Source of the DNA: Kudoa neothunni
Taxonomy: Eukaryota > Animalia > Cnidaria
NCBI GenBank assembly: GCA_964304625.1
Contig: OZ199840.1
Location: 5,259,200-5,323,199 of the forward strand
DNA: 64,000 nucleotides
Direction of reading: 5' to 3'
A program made the position numbers and the translations under genes. Below are positions 1-13,413 of the stretch, piece by piece. The number at the start of each line of letters is the position of its first letter. Position 1 is the first letter of the stretch. The notes under the pieces were generated by a model. It was not told the origin of the DNA and did not search any database. It was given only the letters and a program-made list of their open reading frames with translations.

Positions 1-47
1 TGATTCGGTTGTTTGATCGGCCTATTGAGCGAATTTGAGTTTGTTGG

Positions 48-1430
48 ATGAGTTCACCAGAATCAAATAATCGGATCGACCTTACCAAACCAAGATATGA
101 TCAAAGCACATATATTGGAAGAGCCAAACATTTTTTTCAAGTGACCAACCCACTGAATATCTTGTCCTCCAGCAAACAACTGGAAGAATCAAAACAACTT
201 ATAGAGCAATATAAGTATTTCGATGGATAATATCCCTCCACAGTTAAACGTATAAAAATGAAAACTTAGACAAGGAAATGAACCAACAGGAACTACCACC
301 GATCAAGTGTGGAATGCTAATACACTCTATGAATCGGCATATCATCCTGATACTGGTGAGAAACAATTTATATTAGGTAGAATGTCCGCTCAAGTGCCGT
401 GTAATGCCGCAATCGTGGCTGCTATGCTCACATTTTACAAGTTAACCATCAACTGATGGTTGGCGATAGTTATTTCACTCTTTAGATCGACCCCAGCGGT
501 GATATTCTGGCAGTGGGTGAATCAATCATTCAATGCACTTGTAAACTATACCAACAGGTCAGGGGGATCTCAGCTTACAACTACGTATGCCGAAATTAGG
601 TTTCTCCACAATTTTTAACTTTAATGTCCAGTGATATCACTACTGCCTATGTGGGTGCCACAACTGGAGCTGTAGGCACAGCTCTAATGCTAAAATCAAT
701 GTCCACCGTATTCCCATCTCGTCCGTTCCAATTCATCTACTCATGTGGGTTTTAATTTAGAAAATGCCACCACTTTTTGGTCGTTTGATCCCTTTTATGA
801 GTGTCGCCGCAGCCAACTGCATCAACATCCCTCTTATGAGAATCCAGTAGGGAATTCATCTGTTGCTTGATTTATCAACCATTTGATTATATACATCATT
901 GAATACGTGTAGTGAGTTAACAAATGGGATTCTCCTATTGGACAGTCAATCCAAACCATTGGGAACTTCAAAGAAGGCTGCTCAAAACGCTATCACTATG
1001 GTGATATTTTCAAGAATTGTCATGAGTGCTCCATCATTAGGTATTTAGTCGCTGTATTAAGCTCGAATGAGTTTCTACGGTAACCTCTAGTTCTACCTCC
1101 TGTAGCTACCAATTACTTCATCAAAAAGTATCCGGCATTCAAGGTATTTTAGGAGAGTTGTTTCCTGACCGACTAATCGATCCACAATAGAACCCCAAGA
1201 TCAACATTTCTTTCCAAATTATATTAGTGATCATGTGTTACCTGTTAGCTACTCCAATGTGCTGTGCTATTTTCCCTCAAAAGGCGTATTTAATTGTTTG
1301 GTCCACAACCTTATTATTCATATATTTTTTAAGGTCAATAAAAGTTGGTTCGTTAGAAGAAAATTTGAAATCGTCGCTTTTATCAAATTTCACTGCTGAA
1401 GATTTGGTCTATTTTAATAAAGGACTCTGA
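48..1430 (+). CDS. SFXN: Sideroflexin (SFXN1/3-like mitochondrial carrier), 9 exons
   Basis: The spliced frame is intact over exons 48-214, 270-440, 486-584, 632-707, 761-846, 913-1040, 1091-1143, 1191-1285 and 1334-1430. It carries the family motifs [60 protein letters not shown] and C-terminal YFNKGL*. Confidence 0.96.
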
Positions 1431-1521
1431 TATTTTTAATCATTTTTTTCTTATATTTGATTAATTGTATGCGCACTATAAATTATTTTATCTAAATCCT
1501 GATGTTATTCGATTGTATTAA

Positions 1522-1770
1522 CCCTTAAAGGATAACCTTCAGTTCCATGCGTCCATCTTTGTATTATTTTGTTTATAAATTTTGTTGTTATGCATGTTAT
1601 ATTTTGTGTATATTCGTGAGAATTTCATCTACATTTTTAAAAAAGCATTATCTACCGACCGAAATCATAAAATAAGTTAATGGTTTGGCGAAATTACACA
1701 AATTATAACAGATTTTACAACAAAATAATAGGGAGGTGGACGCGCGAATCCAATGGTTAGCCGTTAAGGG
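1522..1770. mobile_element. Non-autonomous piggyBac-type MITE (249 bp)
   Basis: TTAA flanks both ends (1518-1521, 1771-1774). The left TIR CCCTTAAAGGATAACC matches the reverse complement of the right end, CCCTTAACGGCTAACC, at 14/16. Confidence 0.85.
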
Positions 1771-1882
1771 TTAAATACTAGTTTGGAATCTATTTAACCT
1801 AGGCACTTATATTGTTCGTTGTTTTTTTTGAGTTCATATCTACTCATCGCTATTTTTAGATTTTAATAATTGTAAATTTTTG

Positions 1883-1883
<1 letters not shown>

Positions 1884-1918
<35 letters not shown>
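1884..1918. repeat. (AT)n microsatellite
   Basis: Directly visible run. Confidence 0.95.
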
Positions 1919-1922
<4 letters not shown>

Positions 1923-4762
1923 ACTAGTGGAAAATATCAACTTTGCCTGGTCTGGTCGTATGTGATAGGAATGATATTTTTAAGATTTTGGCTGGTTTTT
2001 AAATGGATTAATCTCAAGATGAATATAGTTTAATAAGTTATAAACCTTAAAATTTTATTTCTACCTATACCTTCATGAAATTTTAATTTTTTTAGATTTA
2101 TTCAATTACGTTAATCTAAATATGATTAGATTTTCTGCTTAAATTTAAATAAAAGAATATAAAAATTAATCCGTGGTTTTAAATTTTATTTTACAACTTA
2201 TTGTTAACAAAGGACTTTAAATGTGTAATTTGAATAATGGTGAGAGCAAATCGATTTAAAGGACAGAATAACTTATATATAAACCATACTGTATTTTTGG
2301 AAAAGGCTAAGTAGTTTTTCTATAAAAAATATAGGATGATTTATAAGAAATAAATGAATAAAAATGCGGATGAAGTTTTACAAACGAATAATTCCAATAA
2401 AATACTTTTGTAATGATTGTATGAAGGATTTTTATTATTCCGAAAAAATGTGCAGACGGTTAATCATTATATCCCTACTTAAACACAATATTTTTACTTG
2501 TACCTATCATTTATTATTAGCGCGCAAATTAATCCATTCTAAAACCAGCACGACAGAAATTAAAAAATAATATAATTTAATCGAAGATATAAATTTATTA
2601 GTTGTTTGAAAAATTATAGTAATGATTAATCGTCAATTAGTTTTCTCGTTTAAAGATAAAAATACTATTACATTGTATAGCGAATAGATACTCACTGAAT
2701 AAATGCACCAATATGACTCAATACTATATAGGTTATTAGTGGTTCAACAGAGCCGCCGCTCCCTGTTTAATGTACGCGTAGTATTGTTACACATTGTTTC
2801 AGAATAATTCTCTACATTGAGATATTCATAAATTAAAGAAAACGTTGTAACAATGTCGATGTGGTGGATCAAACATTAATACTCCATTTATTAACAGAAT
2901 AGCGTTTAATGAGAATGGATGGTCATTTCCAAAAAGTATTTGTGCTCCCAAGTCTAAAATTTACCTACAACAATAGATATTTTATGTTTTATATATATTT
3001 GATATCAAATTACATAAACTTTTACATTAAATAAGATAATGTCGTTGCGGAAATAAACGTAAAACTCTTGAAGATGTAAAAAAATTATTAGTTTTTAAAA
3101 GGATTTAAGTCTATTGAACATATTATTTAATCGTGTATAGAAAATTGGCATGAGTTGTACGAGCTATTACTTAAGAAAGTATACGTAAATTAAAAAAAAG
3201 GGAAAAGACGGAAAAATTAAAATCTTTTTAATCTCATTCGAATAACATGATAAAAAGAAATTGCCAATTTCAAGCATTTCTACAAATTACGTTTTTTATT
3301 TCAAACTTGGAGTAAAAACCAAAGTATTTTAAATCTCTTTGAACATCTTGCATTGCTATGGGATGTGTATGACGCTGTTGAAACATTCCTTTATGCATAC
3401 AATTCATTATATCAAATTATGTGTTTATTTATTATAATCGTAATTTCGTGCGCGTATATTTAAATTTTATAGATTGTAAAGTAAGTTTATACCTTAAAAG
3501 TTGTTAAATATGACAAATTTAAGTAGAGATTCCCTATCTATTGTAAATATGGCATTGTGGGATTCATCGGTCGAAAAATCGCTTCTTGCGACATATTTAA
3601 CAAACTTTTTTAAATGTAGAATAAGAGTTAATTTAAATCTATATCATTTCGATAAAAACATTAATTATAGGAGAAATTTATAATCTCATTTTCCGCAGGG
3701 TACCATGAATTCCATAATTCCGATGAATAATATTGACTATATGATTTCTCCTGAAGGAATTGACCAATTGTTTATTGTTATAATTCTTTCATATGTACAC
3801 TAAAAGCGTTAAAAATACTCTTCTCTCGATTGGGTGCGTATTTACGAGCACACAAGGAGAGACAAACAAAGGATTTATCTGTACGTATAGATTTTACTTG
3901 ATGGGTACATTTATAAAATTCTATTAATGTTTTAAATGCAGTAAAAATATATAAATTTACTCAACTAATGAATTATTAAATTATTGATAATGTATATTAT
4001 AATCATGTAGATTAAAGTCTTACATAGTTAAGGCTGTACCCATGGGCATGATTAAAGCCGCTCCTTAAATTGAATTTCCCCTGGAGAAAATTCAATTAAG
4101 ACATGCGCTTTTATTTATGTAACTATTTAAAATATTTACATAGTTATTTAATGGCTGTAAAACTGTTTTAAATGAACACTATATTGTAGTTAATACAGAA
4201 TCAGCATAAGAGGATATTAATTTGAGCAAAAAAACATTCATCTTTATATGTTTTCATCCTGCTATATAATTCTGACAATTTTTAATATCTTTCCAAAATG
4301 AGATTAATTTTAGTTTCCCTTGTCACATTTCATAGATGTATGAAATTTACAAAATATTTAGTATAATCCCTTCAATAAGTTGTAAGTTATAAGTTAATTG
4401 AAAAAATTCATTTATGTTTTTTAACATGACATAATGCAAAAAATTATTTCTGATCCCAGGGAAACTAAGCATTATGCCTTAGTTAATAATCAATCTTTAA
4501 ATATCATTAAAATTAGAATAATTTTATTTTTCAATTTTTTACGGAGATACTCAAATTTTGTAATATATGCTAAAATTAACAACTTCAAAAAATAGTATTT
4601 TTTATCTTTAAATGCTTTATATAGAGAGATTTAGTGAAATTTAAAAAATAATCAATGTCACGTGATGCCACCTATTTGGTAACGTGCTTTGGTAGATTCC
4701 TGGAGTGACCCATTGTTTTTAACCAGTTTTCGAACTCTACCTGGAGATAAATTCTGAGCAGA

Positions 4763-7700
4763 ATGAGAAGACTAAACTTTTGTTTGAATAAAGATCTATT
4801 CCCACCTACTAGTTCCACAATCAAATTAAATAAACTCGCTGGGTTAAGGATGTTGAATTCAAATTCTGAATCCATTCAACAGTCAATTTATCCCTTGATT
4901 CGAGATCTTCCAACAGTATTAGATCTGTGAGGGTATTCGATAATTTTCAATTTTGGATTAGAAAGATGAAAAATATGAAATATTTCAAAGAGTGTATCCG
5001 TTAAATATGTCATCGTATGAACAGCGACATTCAGATGAGCAGGCAATAAAAGTTCATAACGAATCAATGTTAACTAAAAAATTCCGATATAAAAAGTACA
5101 CCGAGTTGGTTAAACACTTGAGAACTTGTGACCGAATGTCACACACGTTGGATCCCAGCAAGCAGCTTCAGATCAAATACTCTTTCAAAGGTGAAAATCA
5201 ATGTTTACGGATTCCTAAGATGACCAATGTAACTCTTTGATTGGTGGATTGATATAGGAATGATAATAAATGTATTAAGAATGAAATTGCCATGTCCCCA
5301 ACCAAATTCAGCCACAATTTCTTCAAACTTGAAAACAAAGCAATGCTGGCTAAATGTCTGAAGAAACATGGTATTGATGAAGCAAGCAAAATCCAAGTAT
5401 TTAAACTATTGCATTAGTATCTTGGGTTTGATTGATTGACTGATTTATTTATTTATTTACAGTGTAAAGCGATTCCCGCAATGATAGAAGGAAACCACTT
5501 GTTTATTTCGTCGCTCTCCGGTAGTGGGAAAACGTTAGCGTACTTGATTCCGCTAGTGGATAAGATTCTTTCGTACAATTCCAAAAACTACGGACGAAAT
5601 CACACCCAGGTTGATGTGAATTCTAATATGCTTTCTGATGACAATTCAAATAAATCATTCCATGAACTGGCAGCTGATAAAATGCTCTCCGAATTCGAAT
5701 ATGTTCCACATTCAATGAATGATTCACCGTTTATTGTAATTCTTGCACCTACGGTTATTTTAGCCAACCAAATTAAGGTATCGCTCAATTCTCTTCTATT
5801 AATTAAATCAAGGTTGGTTGTTTTAGACAAACATCAATAATATATTTGGTGAGTTGGGTATAAGTGCGGTTGTAAGAAATGATATCTATAACAATCGCGA
5901 TGTTTTGAAACAAGCCTCATTCTTTGTTTCCACTCCTCCGTCTTGTTTGAAATGTTTCAATTTGTGTATATTGATTTGATTTTATCAATAATGAGCATTA
6001 TTAGTTGACATGAGGTCACTCTACACATTAGTAATGGATGAAGCGGATGTGTTGATGAAAGATTTTTCTGGTTATATTGATAACTTTCTTAGTATTCCGC
6101 AGGTTGTTTATATCACTAGTGTGTTTATGTTATTAGTGGTGTTAGATCCGTGAAAAATTCGCGACTGATAGTTTGCCGTTTGTTTTCGCGAGTGCATCTC
6201 TCCCTGAGGATAATGGCATTGTATTTTTGGAGACATACTTTCCGGTATAATCATCGTGGTTGTTGGATTTGTGAATTCGTTGATGTTAGAGTTTAAAATT
6301 CGTCACTCAACATCATCACGTGATGGCCCCAAACGTGGAATACAAATTTCTCAGGGTTGATCAAAATAAATTATATGGTATTTCCACTTATCCCAGCCAG
6401 TTGCTAAAATATCAACGCGTTTATTATCTTCTGAATAATTTCGGCATTCAACCGGTATCGTTTTAGTTATAAGCAGAACATGGATGATTAGAAAGTGTAA
6501 TTGAGTAGCACTTTCAAATGAATATATCTATTGGGTCACAAATATTTAATCCTTAGTTTGAGGTTGTTATTACATTTAATTGTTGGTAGCTTTTAGTGGA
6601 TTAATAATTATTTTTAATTTATTCTGTAATATAAGTCTCGGTGGTAAATTACAAACAGAATTTGCCGAGATTATTTATGAGTATGCGCATGTGTACATGA
6701 AATTTAAGATTGAATTTTTATGGATTAATAGCAACAAATATTCGTCAAAATATCGGTACTTAGATTAACCAACCATATATGATTTCATTCAATACTTAAT
6801 GATTAAATATTTTTCGAATTACTATGATGGACCGCTCGTACCTACATTAGTTATTTTACATATTAAAAGGTTCTCTCGTATTTACAATGATTTCAATAAT
6901 TATTTGATCTGATTATTACTTGTTTTAAATAATTTATAAGCATAATTAGTACAAAAAATCAAAAGTCACGTGATCGAATTGATTCAATTAAACGTTTTCT
7001 TTCTTTTTTCCGCCATATTTAAACAATTAATAAGCTTTTATAGTTAAATCGATGTGACAGCTAGTTAAAAATGTAGGATAAACATAGGCACATGTTGTAA
7101 ATATGTGTAAGGTGGTTTTAATAGTGTCCCCCCTAATTCGTAGTAGTAGTAGTAGTAAACAATAACGTAATAGCAGCATCGCCCAAAAATTTCAGAAACG
7201 GAAGACGTTATTGATAAAAAATTGAACCTTTCAAACGCGGTCTTAATTTATTTAGTTTAGAAGGGTTTGACAACTATTTAAATTTTAAAACATCCTGGCT
7301 CAAAAAAGTGGTAGTTAATATCTGACTATATTCAAATTGTTTATTCATTTTTAAATCGTAATTTTAAACAAAAAAACAATTTTCTTTTCATTAATATTTA
7401 ATTATAGCTAGTTTTGTGTTTTAATATTTTTTTGTGTGTTTGCGCGATAACGTACTTATCCGGCCGGATAACAAGTACCATTTCCCTAATGGAGTGGTGA
7501 ACACGTACGACCACTCCATTACAATAATGACTTAACTGATATGGGCCGCGCGTGTGCACTTTATATTTCATTCTTAATACTATCACTAACCGATTTTATG
7601 TATGTATCTTTTAGAGATAATTAATTTTTATTTTTGTGTGTAAAACATCTAATATTTTTTCAATATAACGAGTGAAAAGTTTAGATCTTAAAGATATTAT

Positions 7701-10299
7701 TTGATTAAAAATTTTACACAAGATAAATCACATTTTGTTGTATAAAATAATAAAATAAGGAAGTGGCTATTGGCGCTGTAAATAATATTTAGCTGAATTA
7801 GTTTTGATTGTATTTAATTATTTATGGCCCACCACTCCACTCCATTTCACTCCACCCCACTCTTAGGGATCAAAAATAATTAAATATAGCAGATTATACA
7901 AAATTAAATCTATAACCTGCTTGCAAATTGGAGTTGCTGAGATTAAAAACCAGGCGCGTGAGGTCTGGGTATGCAAGGTATGCCGTGCACACTTGAGAGG
8001 TACAAAACAACAAAATTTTTTGTCTAAACATAATTTTACTTTAATTTGATATTGCCGTATTGATTTAATTGTGTATTTTGCATAGAATAGTATAATTTTG
8101 ATAATTTTTCGAAAGTATAAGCGCAACCTCGTACTGCTGCTTCCAGGCAGCCCCATGAATTCCACAGGCTGGCTTGAAACTAGCACTCGTCACGTGCGCC
8201 ATTCAACACGTGAGGTTTATTGGCCGCTGAAAGCAAAATCTTCGCTGCTTCTGGGGACCTTTCGATTAGGTGTTCAAAAATAAAAATTTTATACACCTGT
8301 AAAAACAACTTTCATGCTGCTTGATCAGTTTCAAATTAGTCAAAAAAATTATCTTGTTTACTGTAAAGTTGCTGTCTGAATCATGAATAATGGCGATAGC
8401 GACCATTTTAAAACATATTCGAAATTTTCATGTGAAGAAAAAATGGAAGTTATTGCTGATGGTGGATCTATCCTAGAGCTCCCATAATTACAGAAAAAAT
8501 TGTATACAATTAACAGAACATTCCACACTATCTGATACAACAAAAATGAATGGTTATGTGGCTGTATTTTAACGAAACAACTTTTGTATATAAAGTTTAA
8601 AAGATGGGCTTCGTATAGTTTTATTTGATTCTTATATCTTAAAATAATTAAATTGTTTTTAAATTCTTCAATTTAACTTGGACTTTTTATAGTTATTATT
8701 TATAAATTTTACTAGCAACTTCGAAATTCGTGGTATTCTATTACTGAAGTAAAATTATTAAAGGTTACCTACAGAAAATACTTACGGCACGTGTCTATCA
8801 AAATATACGCATTTGAGCACAGATGAGCACATGTGTTTTTGGATTAAATTTTAACGTGCCAATAGCTTCAAAAAATGATCGCAACAATTACTTTCTGTTA
8901 TCATTAAGTGTTTGCTGTTTTGGCGAAAGGAATATGTAAAGATTGCGCACAATAAAAATAACAAATAAAACAATATTGAAAATTGTCATTATTTTGAAAA
9001 AAATTTAAACAAGATATTTTCATACCATTTTGGAGTATTCAACATATTTTGGTCATTATTAGTCTCGTTTACGGAGAATTGCAAGTAGTCTAATAATTTT
9101 AGGATTTAACTATACAACGTTACTATTAGTATATATGATAGTTAATCGGTAAAAAAACTAAAGAAATAAACAACTATTAAAATTTTTGTGGCTAGCTAAT
9201 GAATGGTATTATAACATGTGATTAAAAGTTAATGACTATAGCAATCAATTTTTAATTGAAAGGTTAACAATGTGTTAAATTTAATATTTTGATTTATTTA
9301 ATTTTGATCACGTACTATCTTTTGAACGAATTAAAATCTTATATAATATATGGATTATTATTTCAATAATGTTTTGCAATCGGCGCGAAATTAATTATCC
9401 GAGAAATATAATGTACCAATTTTTTAATAAAAAACAACATAAGTTACGTTATATCAAAATATTTTAGGAATTTATACAATAAATAGTTTCATGTTTTAAA
9501 CTGGAATGATGTTGCGCTCTTTATTAATTATTTTTATATGGATAATAATATTTAGTAATTATATAATCTATTTATTAGAAATATGTTTTCAAAGTTATTT
9601 TATGTAAGAAAATATGCCGAAATTTTAAGTGTCGTAAACATAACAACAAGCTAGAATGGGTTACAAATTAATATGATATTTAATTTGATCGATTTAGAAC
9701 AACTGTTCGAGGATATTAACAATTTTATAAAGAATGGACGCGTCGTGCTGATATTTACGGTGTGTAATAAATACGCTAACAATGTGCACTCCTTTTTATC
9801 CAGCCGTAACATTGACTCTTTGCTGATAACTGGTGATCAAACAGTATCAAAATTTCAAGGAGTATCAATACATAATGATGTTTCACTCATGTAGGATTTA
9901 ACTAACGAGATTTCACTTATCGGCCAACGGTACAAAGTTGCCGTCACGTCTGATATCTGTTCGCGAGGAATTCATATCAGTTCAGTACTTAAATTGATAG
10001 AAATTTATTGGTAATGTCTAATTTCTCAATTTTAGGTTGACACTGTGGTAAACTTCAATTTTCCAAGACATCCCACCAACTTTTTACATCGCATTGGTCG
10101 CACAGCCCGTCTTGGTGGTCTCTACGCAAGACATCCTCTTGTCTATTCGTACATAGTTAGAAGACGCGATGTCTATATCGCTAATCTTATAATAGTGATT
10201 TAGTTTTCACACATTAACCTAAAATTAATATTATCAATTTAGCAAAACTACAAGGCCACTAAGGGTGCCATATACAGTCTTCCGCAATACACATTTTAG
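4763..10299 (+). CDS. DEAD-box RNA helicase, probably mitochondrial DDX28-like; 12 exons including a 3.3-kb intron (6378-9697)
   Basis: Q-motif (ASKIQ|CKAIP), SGSGKT, LAPT, STP, VMDEAD, SAS, SDICSRGIH and FLHRIGRTAR all join in frame across GT-AG introns. The basic N-terminus resembles a presequence. The DDX28 subfamily call is inference. Confidence 0.88.
7765..8867. mobile_element. TIR element (~1.1 kb) inside the helicase giant intron
   Basis: Left end GGCTATTGGCGCTGTAAA; right end reverse complement AGCTATTGGCACGTTAAAATTTAATCC. The internal GAGTTGCTGAGATTAA is shared with the copy at 15575-15770. Confidence 0.7.
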
Positions 10300-10427
10300 T
10301 CAAATATACTATTTCTACGTTGTATTATATGCAAGTGTACATTGTTAGCAAGAAAATTTCAATCAACAAAACACATAACTATTCTTTTTTTAGTTCAGTA
10401 TTTTTGGCGCTGTTTTGAGTTTGTTTT

Positions 10428-12989
10428 TTAAACGCCATTGTTGGGTTGTAAATTGCATTGATGTCGCATTTCCTGACCTCTTTCTCGAACCCAATGGTTT
10501 CCAACTAAATAAATAAATTAGTAAGTAAGTAAGTAAGTAAATAAATAAATAAATAAGTCAGTCAGTCAGTCAGTCAGATGGTATATGAATAGGATAGTTA
10601 AAAATAGAGCCTTCAAACTTACCCCATTTGGTTCCAAATACAACTGGACAAGCAATGTGTCTAGTTCTCGCATCTCCAGATCCATCGGGTAAAAGATTAT
10701 ACCAAAATAGTACCGATCCCTACAAAGATAATTATAATAATAAATGATATATAATTAATAATAATAACAACAACAAATAATAATGACTGATAGTAAAAAA
10801 TAACAGATGAATGCATAAAAATTAAAATAACAGATGAATGCATAAAAATTAAAATAACAGATGAATGCATAAAAATTACTTTGCTTGGACTCACTCTCAC
10901 ACCCAACCTTGGAAATGCAGTTTCTCCTCCTACTGCCACATCCGTCATCTGTCCAAAATATATCATGAAAAAGCCATTTGAACTATCTACACGTACATAA
11001 AATAACAGTGTTGCTATTCGATTTCCTCCTAGCAACTCGTAGCCAGTTTTGACTTTGCGATTGGCAATTTGTTTTAGCTTAATAACAACAGTCACCAGGT
11101 ATTACAAGAATTTTTCAAGATGTGTGAACTTACCGTTGAAAAGTCGAAATGATTGTCATAATAACCACCCACTCCATAATTTTGCACCTAGAAAGGAACC
11201 AAGTTTAAATTAGTATATCACAACTGTAACTAACAACGAAATCTATATGGATGAGGATGATACCTGGAATGTTTCTGAGTAGTTTAATGAAAGACCGGTG
11301 CAATCTTCAACTTTGCGGTAGATTTTATCAAAAACTTCTCCTTCATAACGGCTGTGCCATGAGCTTTTGCTTATGCGATAGTTGGCAGTTTCAAGTGCAT
11401 TGGTTTTGGGGTTGTGTACTACCGCACGTCCCAACTTAATTCGTAATATGAATATTAATTTGTTAACTCCGAGTACAAAAATTCGAAATATACTCTCGGA
11501 CCGGCGATTTTTTTGATTTTTTCGATATCTTCGTCACTAAGGAATTCTCTAAGAAAATACACATCTGGGTTGGAGTGAAGTTTTTCGATTTTATATGGAC
11601 CGTAATAATTATCAACAACGCCATCTACATTAAAACAGAAATGCTCTTGATTACCATCTTCCTACGTAATTCAAGTTGCCAATTCATTAAACAAAATGCT
11701 TTATCATACTTCATCATAGAGTTTTCCATGACGACAAACATATTTGGGACATTTCAAACTCAAACTGAACAATCTCATCTGCAGGTAAAGAGACGTTATT
11801 CATCTTGGATCTAAGCCATTGGTTCATGGTTTTATTAGTGATGAAATCGTCGATTTTCATTTGGTTCAGTTGTTTGTCTGTGAGAGTGTCGAGGTCAACA
11901 TCAACAATTATATTTTGGTGTTTTTGCTTGTTCAATTCTTCGAGCATGACAATGTTATTTTTAGCTCGAACATTATGTGGATCTATCATGCAAAAATTAT
12001 AATTTAGCCAAGATCAGAAATCAAGTGAAAAAATGAATACCAAGAGATATAACTGTGTGATAATTTTTGATGGCATTATCGATATCTCCTTTCTAAAAAG
12101 AATGAAATACACATGAGAAATTACGAATTATGAGCAGGCTATTAAGCGCATACTTTATATCGAGACCATGCAAGGTAATCGAGGATAACAGATTTTTTGT
12201 AGCTGTCATATTTGGGAGCAGATGTTTGTATTAGCTGGATTGCCTCGTCGAGCCAAGCAACAGCACCACTGTAAAGACTCAGCTTATAAGCTCTCAAACC
12301 AATCTTGACCAAATCATCAATTTCCAGTCCCTTCGGTAGTGGTACATTGTGTTTTGAGAGAAGAGCTTTACTGGACCATTTTTTCGGATCAATATTGGTA
12401 AAATCTCGAACTCTCTCTATCGAGTCGATTACACCTACTTCATCCGAGTATTTCGGCCAATATGACGAGCTTTTTTCGAATGCACTTAGCAAATCTTCAA
12501 TTTAGATACTACTCAATCATAATTGCTCAAATCTTTTCAATTACCCGCATTTATATTTGTGGAAATGTGTTTGACTAGGTTGATAAATTCGCTCCATTCG
12601 TTCACCATTCTTGTGATTACGTGATAAGAGTTGATGGGATGAGATATGAAGTTGGCTTCATTGGTGTTATCGTCAGTAAAGTCAATCTCTTTGTACGCTA
12701 CATCTGGGTCTAATATAGCCGATGGAACTTGCTGTTGTATTTCCTTAAGTAGTTTTCGCGATAGATCCACTGTATGTTCTAATTTTTCCTGATTCTCTTT
12801 GAGATTGTTATACAGGAGTGCTTCTTGACGCACCAACATCCTCATGTGTGAGATCGATGTGTAGATATTGGAATAGTCGGTGTTGGTGGGTTGTTCATGG
12901 GCACAACCAATTGCAACAAACATTGCTTGTAATACAATCAAAATAACTGTTAATTTTAATAGATCATGGTTAGAGTTGGTCATCAACAT
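10428..12989 (-). CDS. P4HA: Prolyl 4-hydroxylase alpha subunit (collagen P4HA-like); apparent +1 frame break near 11746
   Basis: Hydrophobic signal peptide, YTSISHM, HPINSYH..RM..EW, TPR-like ILDYLAWS, YRISKSSW, QVQNYGVGGYYDNHFD (HxD), GNRIATLLFYMTDV..GGETAFP and RHIACPVVFGTKWVGNHW. Confidence 0.95.
10506..10577. repeat. Compound tetranucleotide microsatellite (AAAT/AGTA/AGTC) in the last P4HA intron
   Basis: Directly visible. Confidence 0.9.
10796..10878. repeat. 27-nt tandem repeat, about 3 copies, in a P4HA intron
   Basis: Unit AAAATAACAGATGAATGCATAAAAATT. It produces the spurious IFMHSSVIL repeat in the ORF track. Confidence 0.95.
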
Positions 12990-13413
12990 TGTCTTCGTTA
13001 CTATTGCCAACTCGCTAAGCCCACACAAGTTTCGTCAACTCAGATGTTTGAAATCTACACAATTGAAGCTATCAATAGGGTTGACACTTTTGGTTGGTTT
13101 TTCAACCTCAACATGCTCCATGCCAACTCTAATGGGGATTTAATTGTTTTCAGCATAAAGGCTTCACTTGTTACCACCTACACAGGGATATACCCACGCA
13201 GCAATATTGAATATGTGTTCTCATTGCTCTCATTTTACAACTTCATCTTACGACTACTTATTGATTCACAATAAACCACCTATTTATTAGTCCAATAATT
13301 AGCCAGTTTCTATGGATTTCAACCAATAAATGCGCAAAAATAACAAATAATCCAGAAAATTCTATTCTATTACTAACAAAAATTTTAAAATCTACACACA
13401 TGTGAACAGAAAA

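Noticed and set aside
4656-4667. GTCACGTGAT E-box upstream of the helicase
   Set aside because: The same motif recurs in TE-rich DNA (6965, 63640), so function cannot be inferred.
10796-10878. CRISPR-like repeat array
   Set aside because: The repeats are head-to-tail with no spacers and lie in a eukaryotic intron.
10697-11095. 132-aa ORF with repeated IFMHSSVIL
   Set aside because: It reads through P4HA introns, and the repeat is the intronic 27-nt tandem array.
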